A stretch of 64,000 nucleotides of DNA from positions 13,084,001 through 13,148,000 of the forward strand of contig NC_086109.1 of assembly GCF_963921235.1 (NCBI RefSeq). Reading direction: 5' to 3'. Numbering within the stretch: position 1 is the stretch's first letter; each line of letters opens with the position of its first letter. Shown in pieces: positions 41,246-55,174 of this stretch. The DNA comes from Mobula hypostoma (Eukaryota). The translations under genes were made by a program, and so were the position numbers. A model generated the notes under the pieces. The model was not told the origin of the DNA. It was given only the letters and a program-made list of their open reading frames with translations, and ran no database searches.

Positions 41246-42399
41246 GATAGAGCAACTGCGTGAAGGAAACGATCCCTCACCCAGTAAACAGATTAAATCG
41301 TGACCACGATCGCCCACGTCATACGACACGACACATAATGATGATGATGGTTTCCTTATAAAGTTCATTATGCCACCCAGAATGACTCAGATCCAAATTT
41401 ATTTCTCACCTGTACATCAAAACACACGGTGAACTGTGTAATTTGTGTTAACAGCCAACACAGCCAAGGATGTGCTGGGGGCAGCCCGCAAGTGTCACCA
41501 CAGATTCCAATGCCAACATGGTATGCCCATCAGGCTCAGCAGAACAGAACAGAAAATGCCAAGCAACAACAGCCAAACAAACACTGCTCCTCTCTCCCAA
41601 CACAGTCCTATAATCCCAGGACTTTTTCAGCCTCCGGCTTGGATTCACAACCCTTGCCTTTTCAACTTTCCCAGTGGACCTATTTATTCCTTCTTCTACA
41701 GTTCACAAGCTAAGATGTGGCCTTCCACAGGTAAAAAATGAAAATTCAAATAATATATGCCTTGGCTGTGAAGCTTTGAACTGAATATTAGTGAGTTCAT
41801 ATGCAATCAACGTTTTGTTTAATGTAGTATTGTTTTCATTTCAAAGTACTGTAGATGATAGAAGACTGACAACATCTTATAGCTGTTCAATATCTCTCTG
41901 AGGCTTTCTGTTGAGTGGCCGGTTTACCATATTGGATTTAGTTGCGACAAATTGCCTTCATGCAAACCCAGTGACCACTGAAGCTAATCTGCCCTTGGCA
42001 TTCTGCACTGCAGTCAGGGAAAGCACTAAATGAGTCATTGAACATTCCGATCATGCAAGCAATGTTCTCTCAAATGAGGCCCAATCACGACAACTCAGCT
42101 ATCACACTGAATGTACCCGACATAATCACATAAGGACGTCAAACCAAATTAAATCCAGCTTTTTTCAGTAACAAGCTGAAGTGTGTTAATGAAGCAAGAT
42201 CAGGGTTGCACATAGGTTGACATTACCCTGTGGTAAACACAATCTAGCTATACAGAACAAAACTCACCTCAGATTATACTTTCCTACTATAAGCTTGCAT
42301 TACCTCTGGAAGTGTAATAGTTTCATCAAAACTATACCTCTTCTCAACCTGCCTCCTGTAAAAATGCTATTCCCTTTTCCCATTTCCTTCATTTCTGCT

Positions 42400-43095
42400 G
42401 CATCTGTTCCCAAGATGCATCTTTCCTTCTTCAAAGAACAGGGTTTCCCTTCCTCCACCATCGATGCTGCCCTCATCCACATCTCCTCCATTTCTTGAAC
42501 ATCTGTGCCCACGCCATCTTCCCATTGCCTTAACAGTGGTAGAGTTCCTCTTGTCCTTAACTACCACCCATGAGCCTCTGCATCTAACACATCATCCTCC
42601 ACAACTTCCGCCATCTCCAAAGGGTGCCTGCCACCAAACATCTCTCACTCTCTCCACTTTGCACAGGAATTGTACCCTCCATGATGCCCTTGTCCATTCA
42701 TACCTCTGCACTAATCTCCCTCCTTGTACTTATCCCTGCAAGAGGCCAAAGTGCCACACCTGCCCATTTACTTCCTCCCTCACCTCCATTCAGGGCCTCA
42801 AACAGCACTTCCTGTGAATCTGCTGGGGTGAATCAGCTATCTATCAAGTCCAGTGCTCCCAATGTGGCCTATTCAACGTTGGTGAGACCCATTGTAAATT
42901 GGGGAATCTCTTCGTCAAGCACTTCTGCTTCGTCTGCCAAAAGTGGAAGTTCCCAGTGACCAAACATTTTAATTCCCATTCCCATTCCTGTTCTGACATG
43001 TCAGTCTATGGCCTCCAGCCCGAAACGTCAATTACTTATTCATATCCATATATGCTGCCTGACCTGCTGAGTTTCCCCAGCATTTTGTATGTTAC
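42400..43095 (+). mobile_element. Decayed Penelope-like element
   Basis: SFFKEQGFPSSTID, TYPCKRPKCHTCPF, PVTKHFNSHSH; partial hammerhead cccgaaacgtcaa. Confidence 0.8.
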
Positions 43096-43784
43096 ACTAT
43101 CTACTCTGTGAACTTCATGCAAAGAAGTAGGTTAATTGCAGTCTGGTGTAAATGGCAATAAATTAATCTGAATCACTGTTACAAAGGAAAAGAATGTAAA
43201 GGGATTTTACAAGAATGTTGCCAGGGCATTTCACTACAGGGAAAGATTGGATAGACCAGAATATTGATGTGGAACAGAGGAGGGAGAGTGGAGCATTTCC
43301 AGAGGTGTATAAAATCATGCAGGATCCAAATTGAGTAAATAGGAAGGACCTATTCCCCTCAGCAGAAGGATCAAAATAAGCAGGCACTGACTTAAGGCAA
43401 CTGTAAGAATTAGAGGTGAGGTGGAGAATGTTTGGCAGAGGTAGATACATTCTATACATTCAAACAAGGCTTGAGGAGCTGTGACCTGCAGGGCTATGGA
43501 CCCAGAGCTAGAAGCTCTTCATTAGCTGGCATTGACCGTTGGCCAAATGCCCTCCATCCATTTGATGAATTTTCTAAGATTCGATCATCCCGACGTATCT
43601 TCTTATGTTTGCCAAAAAAAACCTTTGCCATTCATTTGAAGGATCACATTTGTAATACTTCCTGATGCAGAAGAAATCCATTAATCCTATTATCTCAGCA
43701 TTTGCTCTGACCTCGTGAGGAATTAGGTCAGAAACCAATTACGCCAATGTTTTAAAAATATTGGTGTGTGATCATTTGTTTTCA

Positions 43785-43988
<204 letters not shown>

Positions 43989-44039
43989 TCATAAATCACA
44001 ATTCAATTTCATTTGGAATCCATTCTGATAATAGTTGGA

Positions 44040-44480
44040 AAGAATCAGATTTAACATCACTGGCATATGTTGTGAAATTTGTTGTTATAAGGAGAAGTAC
44101 ATTGCATTACATAATAATAAAAAATATAAATTAAAGTAATGTATATATTAAAAAAGTTAAATTAAATTTCAGAATCAGGTTTAATATCATCGGCATATAT
44201 CATGAAACTTGTTTTGTGGCTGCAGTACAATTTAATACATAATAGAGAAAACATGAATTACAGTAAGTATATATATATTAAATAGTTAAATTAAATAAGT
44301 AGTGCAAAAATAGAAATAAAAGAGTAGTGAGGTAGTGTTCATGGGTTCAATATCCATTCAGAAATCGGATGGCAGAGGAGAAGAAGCTGTTCCTGAATCG
44401 TTGAGTGTGTGCCTTCAGGCTTCTGTACCTCCTTCCTGATGGTAGCAATGAGAGGAGGGCATGTCGTGGGTGATGGGGAC
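44040..44480 (-). mobile_element. Two tandem Rex-Babar-like 3' tails
   Basis: agaatcag(a/g)tttaa...aaattaaat unit at about 44041 and 44171. Confidence 0.65.
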
Positions 44481-45529
44481 CTGCTTATTTGCTGAATTGT
44501 TTATTTATTTTTTATGGAGTGGCACACTTAAACTGTTTTTCTTCACAGCTCCAGCGAAACAGGTTCAACCCTGACCTCTAGTGCTAACTGTGTGGAGTCT
44601 GCATGCTCCCCCTGTAACTGCATGGGTTTCCACCTGATGCCCAAAGGTGTGCGAATTGGTAGGTTTGTGGAAATAGCAGCAAGGAGCGTTAAAGTGGTGT
44701 GCTGGCGGACACTTTGTACAGCCTATTCTGTGAGTGCAAGTTCAGTAAAGCAAGAGTCAAGATGATAAGCTGACGGAGACTGTATGCAGACATGGTGCAG
44801 TCACCCAGGCTGAACGTAGCCCTTGAAAGCTCAACTCTCCTTCGTATAGCCATCCTGTTCCAGCCAAGAAAACAAGGTTATCAACCACATCAAGAAAAGA
44901 CAAAGGGTTATTGGGCATGTTGGATTGGGGTATAGAATTGTTAATTTCCTTGTACTTTTCTTGGAATTTAACTTTTCTATGCTTGCTTGCATTTTTATAT
45001 AATCACCTATTACATATACATACATATACAGTAATTCCAGTAATTACGATACAGTTGCTTCTATCTTTTTCTAGAAACTTCAGTAGGAAGTGTGATGTCA
45101 CTTGAATCTGGCTATTTTATAGGTTAATTGTTATCACAGGCATTTTGTTATCTCTGGTCTGAGTATGAGATGGCCATGACTTCTTTTTCCTTTTTCTTTG
45201 TTCTCTTGGCTCCTTTTTCTTATCCATTTTCTGCTCTTGTAACACTTAAAATCATCATAAGCAATAAGGTTGATGCCTCATTCTTGACTTCCAAAGAACC
45301 TCTGGATCATAAAGGTATCAGGATATAGCGGGTAACACTTACTACTGGGCCCAAAAAGTCGACTGTACTCTTTTCCATAGGTGCTGCCTGGCCTGCTGAG
45401 CTCCTCCAGCATTTTGTGTGTGTTGCTCGGATTTCCAGCATCTGCAGATTTTCACTTCCTATTAGACAATTATTTTACTAATTCTAAATGTTATTAGTCT
45501 TTAACTGGTTATTTAAAGGGTCCTTCAAA

Positions 45530-45775
45530 CCCTTCGAGTCACACCATCCAGCAACCCTCAATTTAATCCTAGCCTAATCACAGGACAATTTACAATGACC
45601 AATTAACCTACCAACTGGTGCACCCTTGGATTGTGGGAGGAAACCAGAGCACCCAGAGGAAACCCATGCGGTCACAGGGATAACATACAAACTCCTTACA
45701 GGCAGTGGTGGGAATTGAACCAGGGACGCTGGTAGGGTGTAAAGTATTGTGCTAACCACTATGCTACCATGCTGC
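45530..45775 (-). mobile_element. V-SINE/HE1-like SINE
   Basis: tgtgggaggaaaccagagcacccagaggaaacccatgc core. Confidence 0.8.
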
Positions 45776-45979
45776 CTTTAGATTCCTGCAAAGAACAAAT
45801 TTGCCTCGAAACTCCAGTGCACCCTGAAATGTAAGTTCTATGAGAAGGGGGATGAAGATAATGAAACCATGGAGGATAATCTTACAGCCGATCAGAGGAG
45901 ATGGGTAGGCATTGAGAGATGTTCATAATGGGACGGCCAAAGGATCTGGGATCGACTTACTTACAGCACACCCTGCCTC

Positions 45980-47573
45980 GATAAAGGCAGATAAATCCCC
46001 AGGGCCGGATGGTCTGCATCCCAGAGTGCTTAAGGAAGTAGCCCAAGAAATAGTGGATGCATTAGTGATAATTTTTCAAAACTCTTTAGATTCTGGACTA
46101 GTTCCTGAGGATTGGAGGGTGGCTAATGTAACCCCACTTTTTAAAAAAGGAGGGAGAGAGAAACCAGGGAATTATAGACCGGTTAGCCTAACATCGGTGG
46201 TGGGAAAACTGCTAGAGGCAGTTATCAAAGATGTGATAACAGCACATTTGGAAAGCGGTGAAATCATCGGACAAAGTCAGCATGGATTTGTGAAAGGAAA
46301 ATCATGTCTGACGAATCTCATAGAATTTTTTGAGGATGTAACAAGTAGAGTGGATAGGGGAGAACCAGTGGATGTGGTATATTTGGATTTTCAAAAGGCT
46401 ATTGACAAGGTCCCACACAGGAGATTAGTGTGCAAACTTAAAGCACACAGTATTGGGGGTAAGGTGTTGATGTGGATAGAGAATTGGTTGGCAGACAGGA
46501 AGCAAAGAGTGGGAATAAACGGGACCTTTTCAGAATGGCAGGCAGTGGCTAGTGGGGTACCGCAAGGCTCAGTGCTGGGACCCCAGTTGTTTACAATATA
46601 TATTAATGACTTGGATGAGGGAATTAAATGCAGCATCTCCAAGTTTGCGGATGACACGAAGCTGGCGGCAGTGTTAGCTGTGAAGAGGATGCTAAGAGGA
46701 TGCAGGGTGACGTGGATAGGTTGGGTGAGTGGGCAAACTCATGGCAGATGCAATTTAATGTGGATAAATGTGAGGTTATCCACTTTGGTGGCAAAAACAG
46801 GAAAACAGATTATTATCTGAATGGTGGCCAATTAGGAAAAGGGGAGGTGAAAAGAGACCTGGGTGTCATTATACACCAGTCATTGAAAGTGGGCATGCAG
46901 GTACAGCAGGCGGTGAAAAAGGTGAATGGTATGCTGGCATTTATAGCTAGAGGATTTGAGTACAGGAGCAGGGAGGTACTACTGCAGTTGTACAAGGCCT
47001 TGGTGAGACCACACCTGGAGTATTGTGTGCAGTTTTGGTCCCCTAATCTGAGGAAAGACATCCTTGCCATAGAGGGAGTACAAAGAAGGTTCACCAGATT
47101 GATTCCTGGGATGGCAGGACTTTCATACGAAGAAAGACTGGATGAACTGGGCTTGTACTCGTTGGAATTTAGAAGATTGAGGGGGGATCTGATTGAAACG
47201 TATAAAATCCTAAAGGGATTGGACAGACTAGATGTAGGAAGATTGTTCCCGATGTTGGGGAAGGCCAGAACAAGGGGCCACAGTTTGAGGATAGAGGGGA
47301 AGCCTTTTAGGACCGAGATTAGGAAAAACTTCTTCACACAGAGAGTGGTGAATCTGTGGAATTCTCTGCCACAGGAAACAGTTGAGGCCAGTTCATTGGC
47401 TATATTTAAGAGGGAGTTAGATATGGCCCTTGTGGCTAAAGGGATCAGGGGGTATGGAGGGAAGGCTGGTACAGGGTTCTGAGTTGGATGATCAGCCATG
47501 ATCATACTGAATGATGGTGCAGGCTTGAAGGGCCGAAAGGCCTACTCCTGCACCTATTTTCTATGTTTCTATG
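45980..47573 (+). mobile_element. Young 5'-truncated CR1 LINE with near-intact RT (one frameshift) in GNAT2 intron 5
   Basis: ORFs 45912..46820 and 46700..47482: [35 protein letters not shown]; (ttctatgt)n tail. Confidence 0.96.
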
Positions 47574-48329
47574 ATTTTCTCCAGGGAATGCTTTGGCGTG
47601 GGCACCACTGGGACTGGGTGCTCCAATGGGAACACTGCAAAGGAATGATGTCATCCCATGTGGCGCTGACTCACAGGATCCCAAGGATGATTGCCCGTAG
47701 GAAGTGCCACACCCATTCTACCAACCCAAAATGATTGCAAATGTGATTTATTCCAGACTAAGTCGAAGTTCAATCAAAAACACATTGCTATGTGGTTCCA
47801 GTTTCTCGGAAATTATATTCTCTAACACAAACATCCCTTCATTTTGAAAAGAATAATGTTTATGCTTACAGATTTCAAGATTAAAACCATGGACAAATTA
47901 TTTATAAAATATGGAACTTCTTAGCAGTCAAGTTTAGGGCTAGTGCATTGAAGTCCATTTAATATGGATTAGAATGCCGGAAGGTTAATCTCACTAAAAA
48001 TGTCTTGGCTTACACAAGAAGCTGAATAGTTCAAAGTCAAAGTAAACATTATCAAAGTTTGTATATATCCCCGTCTTGCAAGCATTTACAGGACCATAAA
48101 TCATACAATAGAATTTATGAAAAATGATACATTAACAAAGACTGACAAAATAAACAAAGACTGACAAAGACTGGTTAGAGGCTGTGAACTTCTGCAGAGC
48201 AATTTATCAGCCTCAATCTTTGTGTATTTTTGGGATCCATTTGAGCTCTGTCACTGTTGGTTGATCAGGAAAAATAGCTCTCAGTTTGCAGGAGCTGTGG
48301 ACTAAATGGCAAGATTGCCCAGCCCTTAC

Positions 48330-48458
48330 CTGAAATTCAGGTCCTGGCAAGAGAACTGCTCTTCTATAATACCCGTGGTCTTAACTCTGGACCGCAAGAC
48401 ATCTTGTTCATTTGGAATGAAGCCAGAAGCAGTGATTCTGTCCAGATTGTTCAAGTAG
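48330..48458 (-). CDS. GNAT2: GNAT2 exon 5 (129 bp) [42 protein letters not shown]
   Basis: minus-strand ttcatcag acceptor, gtaagg donor, RVKTTG motif. Confidence 0.96.
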
Positions 48459-48635
48459 CTGATGAAAATAAAAATCACACTTTTTACTGATACTAGTTGA
48501 AGTTAAATGTTCTCATGTTAGTACATGTTCGGCACAGCATTGTGGGACGAAGGGCCTGTATGGTGCTGTAGGTTTTATGTGTTTCTATGCTTCAATTACA
48601 GACAGGAAAACCTCTTCATGTTCAACTGCAGAAGG

Positions 48636-48955
48636 ATGGCAGCACAGTACGTAGCGGTCAGCACGAAGCTTTATAGCGCCAGCGATCATCAACTGGGATT
48701 CAGTTCCTGTCACTGCCTGCAGGGAGCTTGCTCGTTCTCCGCACGACCACGAGAGATTCCTTCGGGTGCTCTGGTTTCTTCCCACATTCCAAAAGACATA
48801 TGGTTAGGGTTAGTGAGTTGTGGGCATGCTATGTTTTCACCAAAAGCATGGAGACACTTGCAGGCTGCCCCCAGCACAGTTCTCACTGATTTGATTTGAC
48901 ATGAACGATGCATTTCACAGCTTCGAAGTACATGTGACAAATACAGGTAATCTTT
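48636..48955 (+). mobile_element. V-SINE-like SINE (subfamily shared with about 58520-58862)
   Basis: ttccttcgggtgctctggtttcttcccacattccaaaagac core; gggctgcccccagcac-like tail. Confidence 0.7.
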
Positions 48956-49359
48956 CTTTAAAACTATAAACACAAGAAATTCTGCATATGCTGGAAATCA
49001 GAAGCACCACACACAAAATGCTGGAGGAACTCAGCAAATCAGGCACCATTAATGGGAATTAATAATTTTTTAATTCTTTCTTACTTCTTTTCTAATATTT
49101 GTATATTTGTATATCTATACACTTGTAATGTTACTGTGACACTGTAATTTCCTTCAGGGTCAATAAAGTATCTATCTATCTAAACAGTCGAGGATTTGAG
49201 CCGTGACCCTTCCTCAGGATCATTCCTCCAGCATTTTGTGTGTGTTACTCTCTTTAAAAAATCTCTCTCGCCTTAAGTGTACATGGGCTTTTATTCAGCT
49301 CTTTACTATGGTGCGAGTTTAGGCAAACAGAGTGAAACCAACAGAACCTCAAACATATT

Positions 49360-49833
49360 AAACACAAAATAATCTGCAGATGCTGGGGTCAAAGCAACAC
49401 TCATAACACGCTGGAGAAACTCAGCAGGTCGGGCAGCATCCGTGGAAACGATCAGTTGACGTTTCGGGCCGGAACCCTTCGTCAGGACTGTAGAGGGAAG
49501 GGGCAGAGGCCCTATAAAGAAGGTGGGGGGAGGGTGGGAAGGAGAAGGCTGGTAGGTTCCAGGTGAAAAACCAGTAAGGGGAAAGATAAAGGGGTGGGTG
49601 AAGGGAGGCAGGGAGGTGATAGGCAGGAAAGGTGAAGAAAGAATAGGGGAAAACACAATGGGTAGTAGAAGGAGGTGGAACCATGAGGGAGGTGATAGGC
49701 AGCTGGGGGAGGGGGCAGAGTGACATAGGAATAGGGGAAGGGAGGGGGAGGGAATTACCAGAGGTTAGAGAATTCTACGTTCATACCAAGGGGCTGGAGA
49801 CTACCTAGACGGTATATGAGGTGTTGCTCCTCC
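49360..49833 (-). mobile_element. Penelope-like element 3' fragment, same subfamily as 27997-28523
   Basis: LEEQHLIYRLGSLQPLGMNVEFSNLW*; 15-bp TSD aacctca(a/t)acatatt at 49345-49359 and 49834-49848. Confidence 0.87.
49453..49490 (-). ncRNA. Minimal type-I hammerhead ribozyme motif, sense to GNAT2 intron 4
   Basis: CAGUC-CUGACGA-A-GGG UUCCGG CCC-GAAAC-GUC-AACUG; intact core, GUC cleavage triplet. Confidence 0.75.
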
Positions 49834-50330
49834 AACCTCATACATATTGTTCTAATACTCCGCAGCTTGCATTTCATGCAGATGCACTTTGTAGGAACCT
49901 CAGTGCTGATGCCAGCAATCTTACCCCGAAATCAATAGCTTCTAGCCACTGTCCAGCAGAGGTGGAATTAAGGCAATCTGATCCTGGAACGCCACACTGC
50001 AAGGACTTCCAGCTTCTGTAAGATGTATCAAACCAGGCATCCATCTGTCTAGTCAGCACTAACTGAACAGAACTCCAGGAGACGTCCTGGCCAAGATTTA
50101 TATTCAATCATCAGCAGTAAAGGGACCGATTATCTGGTCATTACTCTCTCAGTGTGGAACCTAGCACTAATCACTTGGCAAAAGCAAAGAAGGCACTTGA
50201 AATGATTAATTAACTGTGAATTACTTTGAGATATCTTCAGATTATTAAGGGTGCAATGGAGAAGGAGAAGGAATTCTATTACTGCACAATGGCTTATTTT
50301 AATTTATTCAAACTGTGAACACCCCGCCCC

Positions 50331-50332
<2 letters not shown>

Positions 50333-50367
<35 letters not shown>
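50333..50367. repeat. (CA)n microsatellite
   Basis: Uninterrupted CA run. Confidence 0.95.
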
Positions 50368-50370
<3 letters not shown>

Positions 50371-50587
50371 AAAACACCGGCATCCGGTGAAAGAAGAAAC
50401 TCCATTGGAACTTGATTTCCAAGCAAGTGTCAGTCTAAAGACGTAAGCGACTGTGGATGCGGGAACCTGGAACAACAACTATACACTGGAGAAACTCAGC
50501 AGACCAAGCAGCATCTGTGGGCGGGGGAGTGAACTTTGAACAGATTGATTACATTTTAGACTGCAACTCTGCCTCAGGTCCTGTCCT

Positions 50588-50858
50588 TTCTTTCTTTCTT
50601 TTTTCAATCTTTTTATTGATTTTTTTTAAGTGTGTATACAAACAGGAGGAGAATGTCTCTGGTATATATGTCAATAATAATAGCACACACAGAAGGTAAA
50701 ATAAACAATATCAGAATCACACATTGTGTTGATCTACAAAGTATAAATTTGATATAGAATGTATAATACAGAAAAAAAGAATGTAATTCATTCTCCTCTT
50801 ATCAATTTATGAAGAAAGGAAAGACTATTAGAAATTTTTATATAAAAAAAAGAAAAGA
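50588..50858 (-). mobile_element. A-tailed LINE (L1-like) 3' UTR insertion
   Basis: T-rich tail plus tttatt on +; 9-bp TSD tcctgtcct at 50579-50587 and 50859-50867. Confidence 0.6.
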
Positions 50859-51744
50859 TCCTGTCCTGATTAGGATCAGGACTGTTCTCATGCAGGTTTT
50901 GACCCTAAATATCAACTATCCCTCTTTCTCCCCACAGATGATTCTCTAGATTGTTGCTCCATTCCAGAGTTTATGGAAATTGTACTTCGGAAATGGAAAA
51001 TTGCTTAAAAGTGTGAGGTATATAAGTGACTGAAAGGTGATGTCATAGACAATTTTGTTTTCGTAATTCATTCATGTGTGTTGGGTTTTGGGAAGTTTAT
51101 AATCCAAGGAAGACATTCTAGGTTATAACAAGTGTGTCTGAATTATTAAGTTGTGTGTGTGTGAGAGAGAGAGAGTGTGTTGGGTGTTTGATGTTATAGT
51201 TTATTTTGGGGTGGAGGGGGATTTGGGATTAGGGGTTTGATGTTCTAGCTGCTGTTTTCCGGGTGGGCGATCAGTTAGTTTTAGTGTGAGGGAGGTGCTG
51301 TGGGGTTAGGCTGGTGTTGGTTGAGAGTTACAAGGGCACCTCAGGTCATGATGGGTTGAAAAGTAATTGACGATACAATAGTTTCCCCGGTTCCTGAAGC
51401 ACTCCGAATTTCCAGTGCCATTAGTGTGGAGCAAAATGGTCTATTTCATGTTTCACTCCAGGGGAAAAATAAAACATTTTTCTGATGGATGATGCACGGA
51501 AGAAAAGTTCTGTGATTGAATTTCTAGGATTTTAGGTCCTTCAGTTTACTGTGAGCACTGTTAAATTAATGACAAACTTCGAAACAGGGTCACCCCAATC
51601 CTGCTCTTTGATTCTACTGGGTTTATTTAAATTAAAATTAGATCGACTTTAAGACATCATTTGTTAAGTGGAACATATTTTCTACATTTTCCAGTATCAG
51701 GCAAAGTAGATCTACTTATTTGTTTGACATATTAACATCTTATA

Positions 51745-52258
51745 GTATACAGTCAAAGGACATTACGGCACAGAAACTAGACCATGTCAAACAGTTATGC
51801 TGCCTAGTCCCAGTGACCTTCACCTGGACCATAGCCCTCAGTACCCCTTCCATCCATGTACCTATCCAAAATTCTCTTAAATTTTGAAATCTAATGCACA
51901 TCCACCACTTCGACTTGGAAGCTCGTTCCACACTCTCACCTCCCCTTGAGTGAAGTTCCTCCCCCTCAGATTCCTTTAAAACATTTCACTTTTCACCCTT
52001 AACCCATGACCTCCTTTTCTAGTCTCAGTGGAAAAAGCCTGCTTGCATTTAGCCAATCTATACCCTTCATAATTTTGTATACCTCTATCAATGCTCCCCT
52101 CATTCTCCTACACTCCAGGGAATGAAGTCCTATTCTATTCAACCTTTTCTTCTAACTCAGGTCCTCCAAGTCCAGGCAGCATCCTTGTAAATTTTCTCTG
52201 GACTTATTGATATCTTTCCTGTAGGTAGGTGACCAGAACTGAACACAATGTTCCAAAC
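51745..52258 (-). mobile_element. Old CR1 3' remnant
   Basis: gaccagaactgaacacaatgttccaa (LEHCVQFWS on -) and CR1-like 3' region. Confidence 0.75.
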
Positions 52259-52358
52259 ACCGGGTCCTAGTGCAGGGGGACGACCTAGTGTTTGGACAAT
52301 TTATACACTGGCCCAGATAGACTAAAAAAGCAGGGTGTCAGGACTGGAGCTGAGGGCC

Positions 52359-53076
52359 GAGAAAGCCCAGCAGCGTCTTTACTTTCTGCGAAGGCTTAGA
52401 AAAACCCATCTCCCACCCTCCATCCTCACCACAGTCTACAGAGGATGTATCGAGAGCATCCTGAGCAGCTGCATCACTGCCTGGTTCGTGAATTGCACCG
52501 TCTCGGATTGCAAGACTCTGCAGCGGATAGTGAGGTCAGCTGAGAAGATCATTGGGGTCTCTCTTCCCGCTATTACAGACATTTACACCACACGCTGCAT
52601 CCGCAAAGGTAACAGTATTGTGAAGGACCCCACTCACCCCTCACGTAAAATCTTCTCCCTCCTGCCATCTGGCAAAAGGTACCGAAGCATTCGGGCTCTC
52701 ACGACCAGACTGTGCAACAGTTTCTTCCCCCAAGCCATCAGACTCCTCAATACTCAGAGTCTAGACTGATATATACATCATTTATTATTATATTGTAATG
52801 TGCCCTCGACTGTGCCTATTGTCTTGTTTATTAATTATTGTACTGCCCTGCGCTGTTTTCTGCTCTTTATGTAGTCCTGTGCAGGTCTGTAGTCTAGTGC
52901 AGTTTTTATGTTTATTTTACGTAGTCTAGTGTAGCCTTGTGCTGTCTCACATAGTCTAGTGTAGTTTTGTGTTGTTTCATGTAGGACCAGGGTCCTGGAG
53001 GAACATTGTTACGTTTTTACTGGGTACTGTACCAGCAGCTTATGGTCAAAATGACAATAAACTTGACTTGACTTGA
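52359..53076 (+). mobile_element. Rex-Babar-like LINE 3' end
   Basis: ORF 52335..52769 KAQQRLYFLRRL...NSFFPQAIRLLN; (acttg)n tail. Confidence 0.9.
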
Positions 53077-54205
53077 ACGTACTTTGAATCTTTAAAATTA
53101 GGCCTCACCTATATTGTATACAACCTCAACTAAAAATGCTCCTTCAAATGAAAACAAAATCACATAATTTGCACACTTAAATCAGCTTTACGCAAATCCT
53201 TCCCCAGCCTCACACCATCACTTTTGTTCCTATATATTTTGATTCTGTAGTTTAACTACGCTGTATTAGTGTACATTAAATTACATTCATTACCAGCATG
53301 ACCAGAGGTGCTGATTTTCACACCCTAAACTGTACTCAACACTGAAAGTCATTAGCACTGGCAAATAACTTCACCACTTCTTGCCAGCAAAGAGAAAGGT
53401 CTAATTGAAAAGAATTGCCCAAACAACACCAGTCACTTTAGTGCCTCCATCTGCCCCACTTCTGCCATTGGCTTATGCCTGTCGCTGAAAGGCAAATCGT
53501 ATGTGTGAGCGTGTGGGTGTTTGGCAGAGGGGAGCTCTATTAACAGAAGAGTGAAAATAATCTATCATCTGTGCATGATCATGCTTCTTGTGTTTGCATG
53601 TGAAGCACTGTGGGGTAAGATGTGATTGCCCTGGAGAGGGAGCAAAGGAGAGTCACCAGGATGTTGTCTGGATTGGAACCTTCTGTTTCTGCGGGTAGAC
53701 GGGACAGAATCAACATAAGGTAGAAAATCATCGACATATGTCGTGAAATCAGTTGTTTTGCAGCAGCAGGACAATGCAATGCATAAAAATACTATAAATT
53801 ACAGTAAGAAATGTTAAGAATAAACTAAATAAGTAGAGCTAAAAGTCCAAAACTAGTGAGGTAGTGTTCATGATTTCATTGTTTGTTCAGAAATCTGATG
53901 GTGGAAGGGAAGAAGCTGTTAAAATGTTGAGTGTGTGTCTTCAGGCTCCTGTACTTTCTCTTTGTTGGTAGTAATGAAAAGAAGGCAAGTCCTGGATAAA
54001 CAGGCATCCTTGTTCTCCCTGCAGCAGAGGACCCTGAGGAATGACACGATAGATTTAAATTAAGGAGAGGGTGGGTAAGATAGATGGTAAAAGTCTTTTT
54101 TCCCACAGTTCAGGTGGCAAAAAGAAGACTCAGATTAAGTTGAGATGTAGGAGGTTTAGAATGGAATGGAAAGGAGCTTGTTTCACACAGAAGTTGGAGT
54201 CTGGA

Positions 54206-54798
54206 ATAGAAACATAGAAAACCTACAGCACGGTACAGGCCCTTTGGCCCACGATGCTGCGCCGAACATGTCCTTACATGTCCTAGGGTTACATGTAGCC
54301 CTCTATTTTTCTGAGCTCCATGCACCTGTCCAGGAGTCTCTTAAAAGACCCTATTATGTCCGCCCCCACCACCGTTGCCGGCAGCCCATTCCACACACTC
54401 AGCACTCTCTGCGTAAAAAACTTACCCCTGACATCTCCTCTTTACCTACTTCCAAGCACCTTAAATCTCTGCCCTCTCATGCTAGCTATTTCAGTCCTGG
54501 GAAAAAGCCTCTGACTATCCACACAATCAATGCCTCTCATCATCTTCTACACCTCTATCAGGTCACCTCTCATCCTCCATCGCTCCAAGGAAAAAATGTC
54601 GAGTTCACTCAACCTATTCTCAAAAGGCATGCTCCCTAATCCAGGCAACATCCTTGTAAATCTCCTCTGCACCCTTTCGATGGTTTCCACATCTTTCCTA
54701 TAGTGAGGCGACCAGAACTGAGCACAGTACTCCAAGTGGGGTCTGACCAGGGTCCTATATAACTGCAAATTACCTCTCGGCTCCTAAACTCAACCCCA
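54206..54798 (-). mobile_element. CR1 3' end inserted into an older + strand CR1 remnant (about 54030-54990)
   Basis: ORF 54547..54768 [17 protein letters not shown]; ttctatgt tail. Confidence 0.88.
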
Positions 54799-55174
54799 AA
54801 TGTGCTGCTTGAAGATGTGCTAGAGGAGACAGATTTTCTAAAACATTTAAGAAGCACTTAGACATGCACCGGAATCATTAAGGCACAGAGGGCTATGGAC
54901 CTAATGTGGGTAACTGGTATCAGTGTAGATAGGTACAATGGGTAGTATGAACATGAAGGGCCGAAGGAGCTTGTCTGTGCTGGATGACTCTAAGACTTCG
55001 CAGCTCTCAAAGGTTAGCATAAATGAATTATTGGTTATGACGTAAGGTACAAAGCATCAACATAACAGGGAAGAGAGTGTTATTCGTGGAAGGAGTGTTA
55101 TCTTCCTAATCATTTACTTTTTTAAAAAAGGTCCAGATATGATGAGTAAAATGAAATAGGTGATTTATCACAAT

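Noticed and set aside
46391..47505. Antisense ORFs (230 aa and 88 aa; also 25368-26060 and 54166-54639)
   Set aside because: Shadow frames of CR1 RT, reproduced in each copy of the element.
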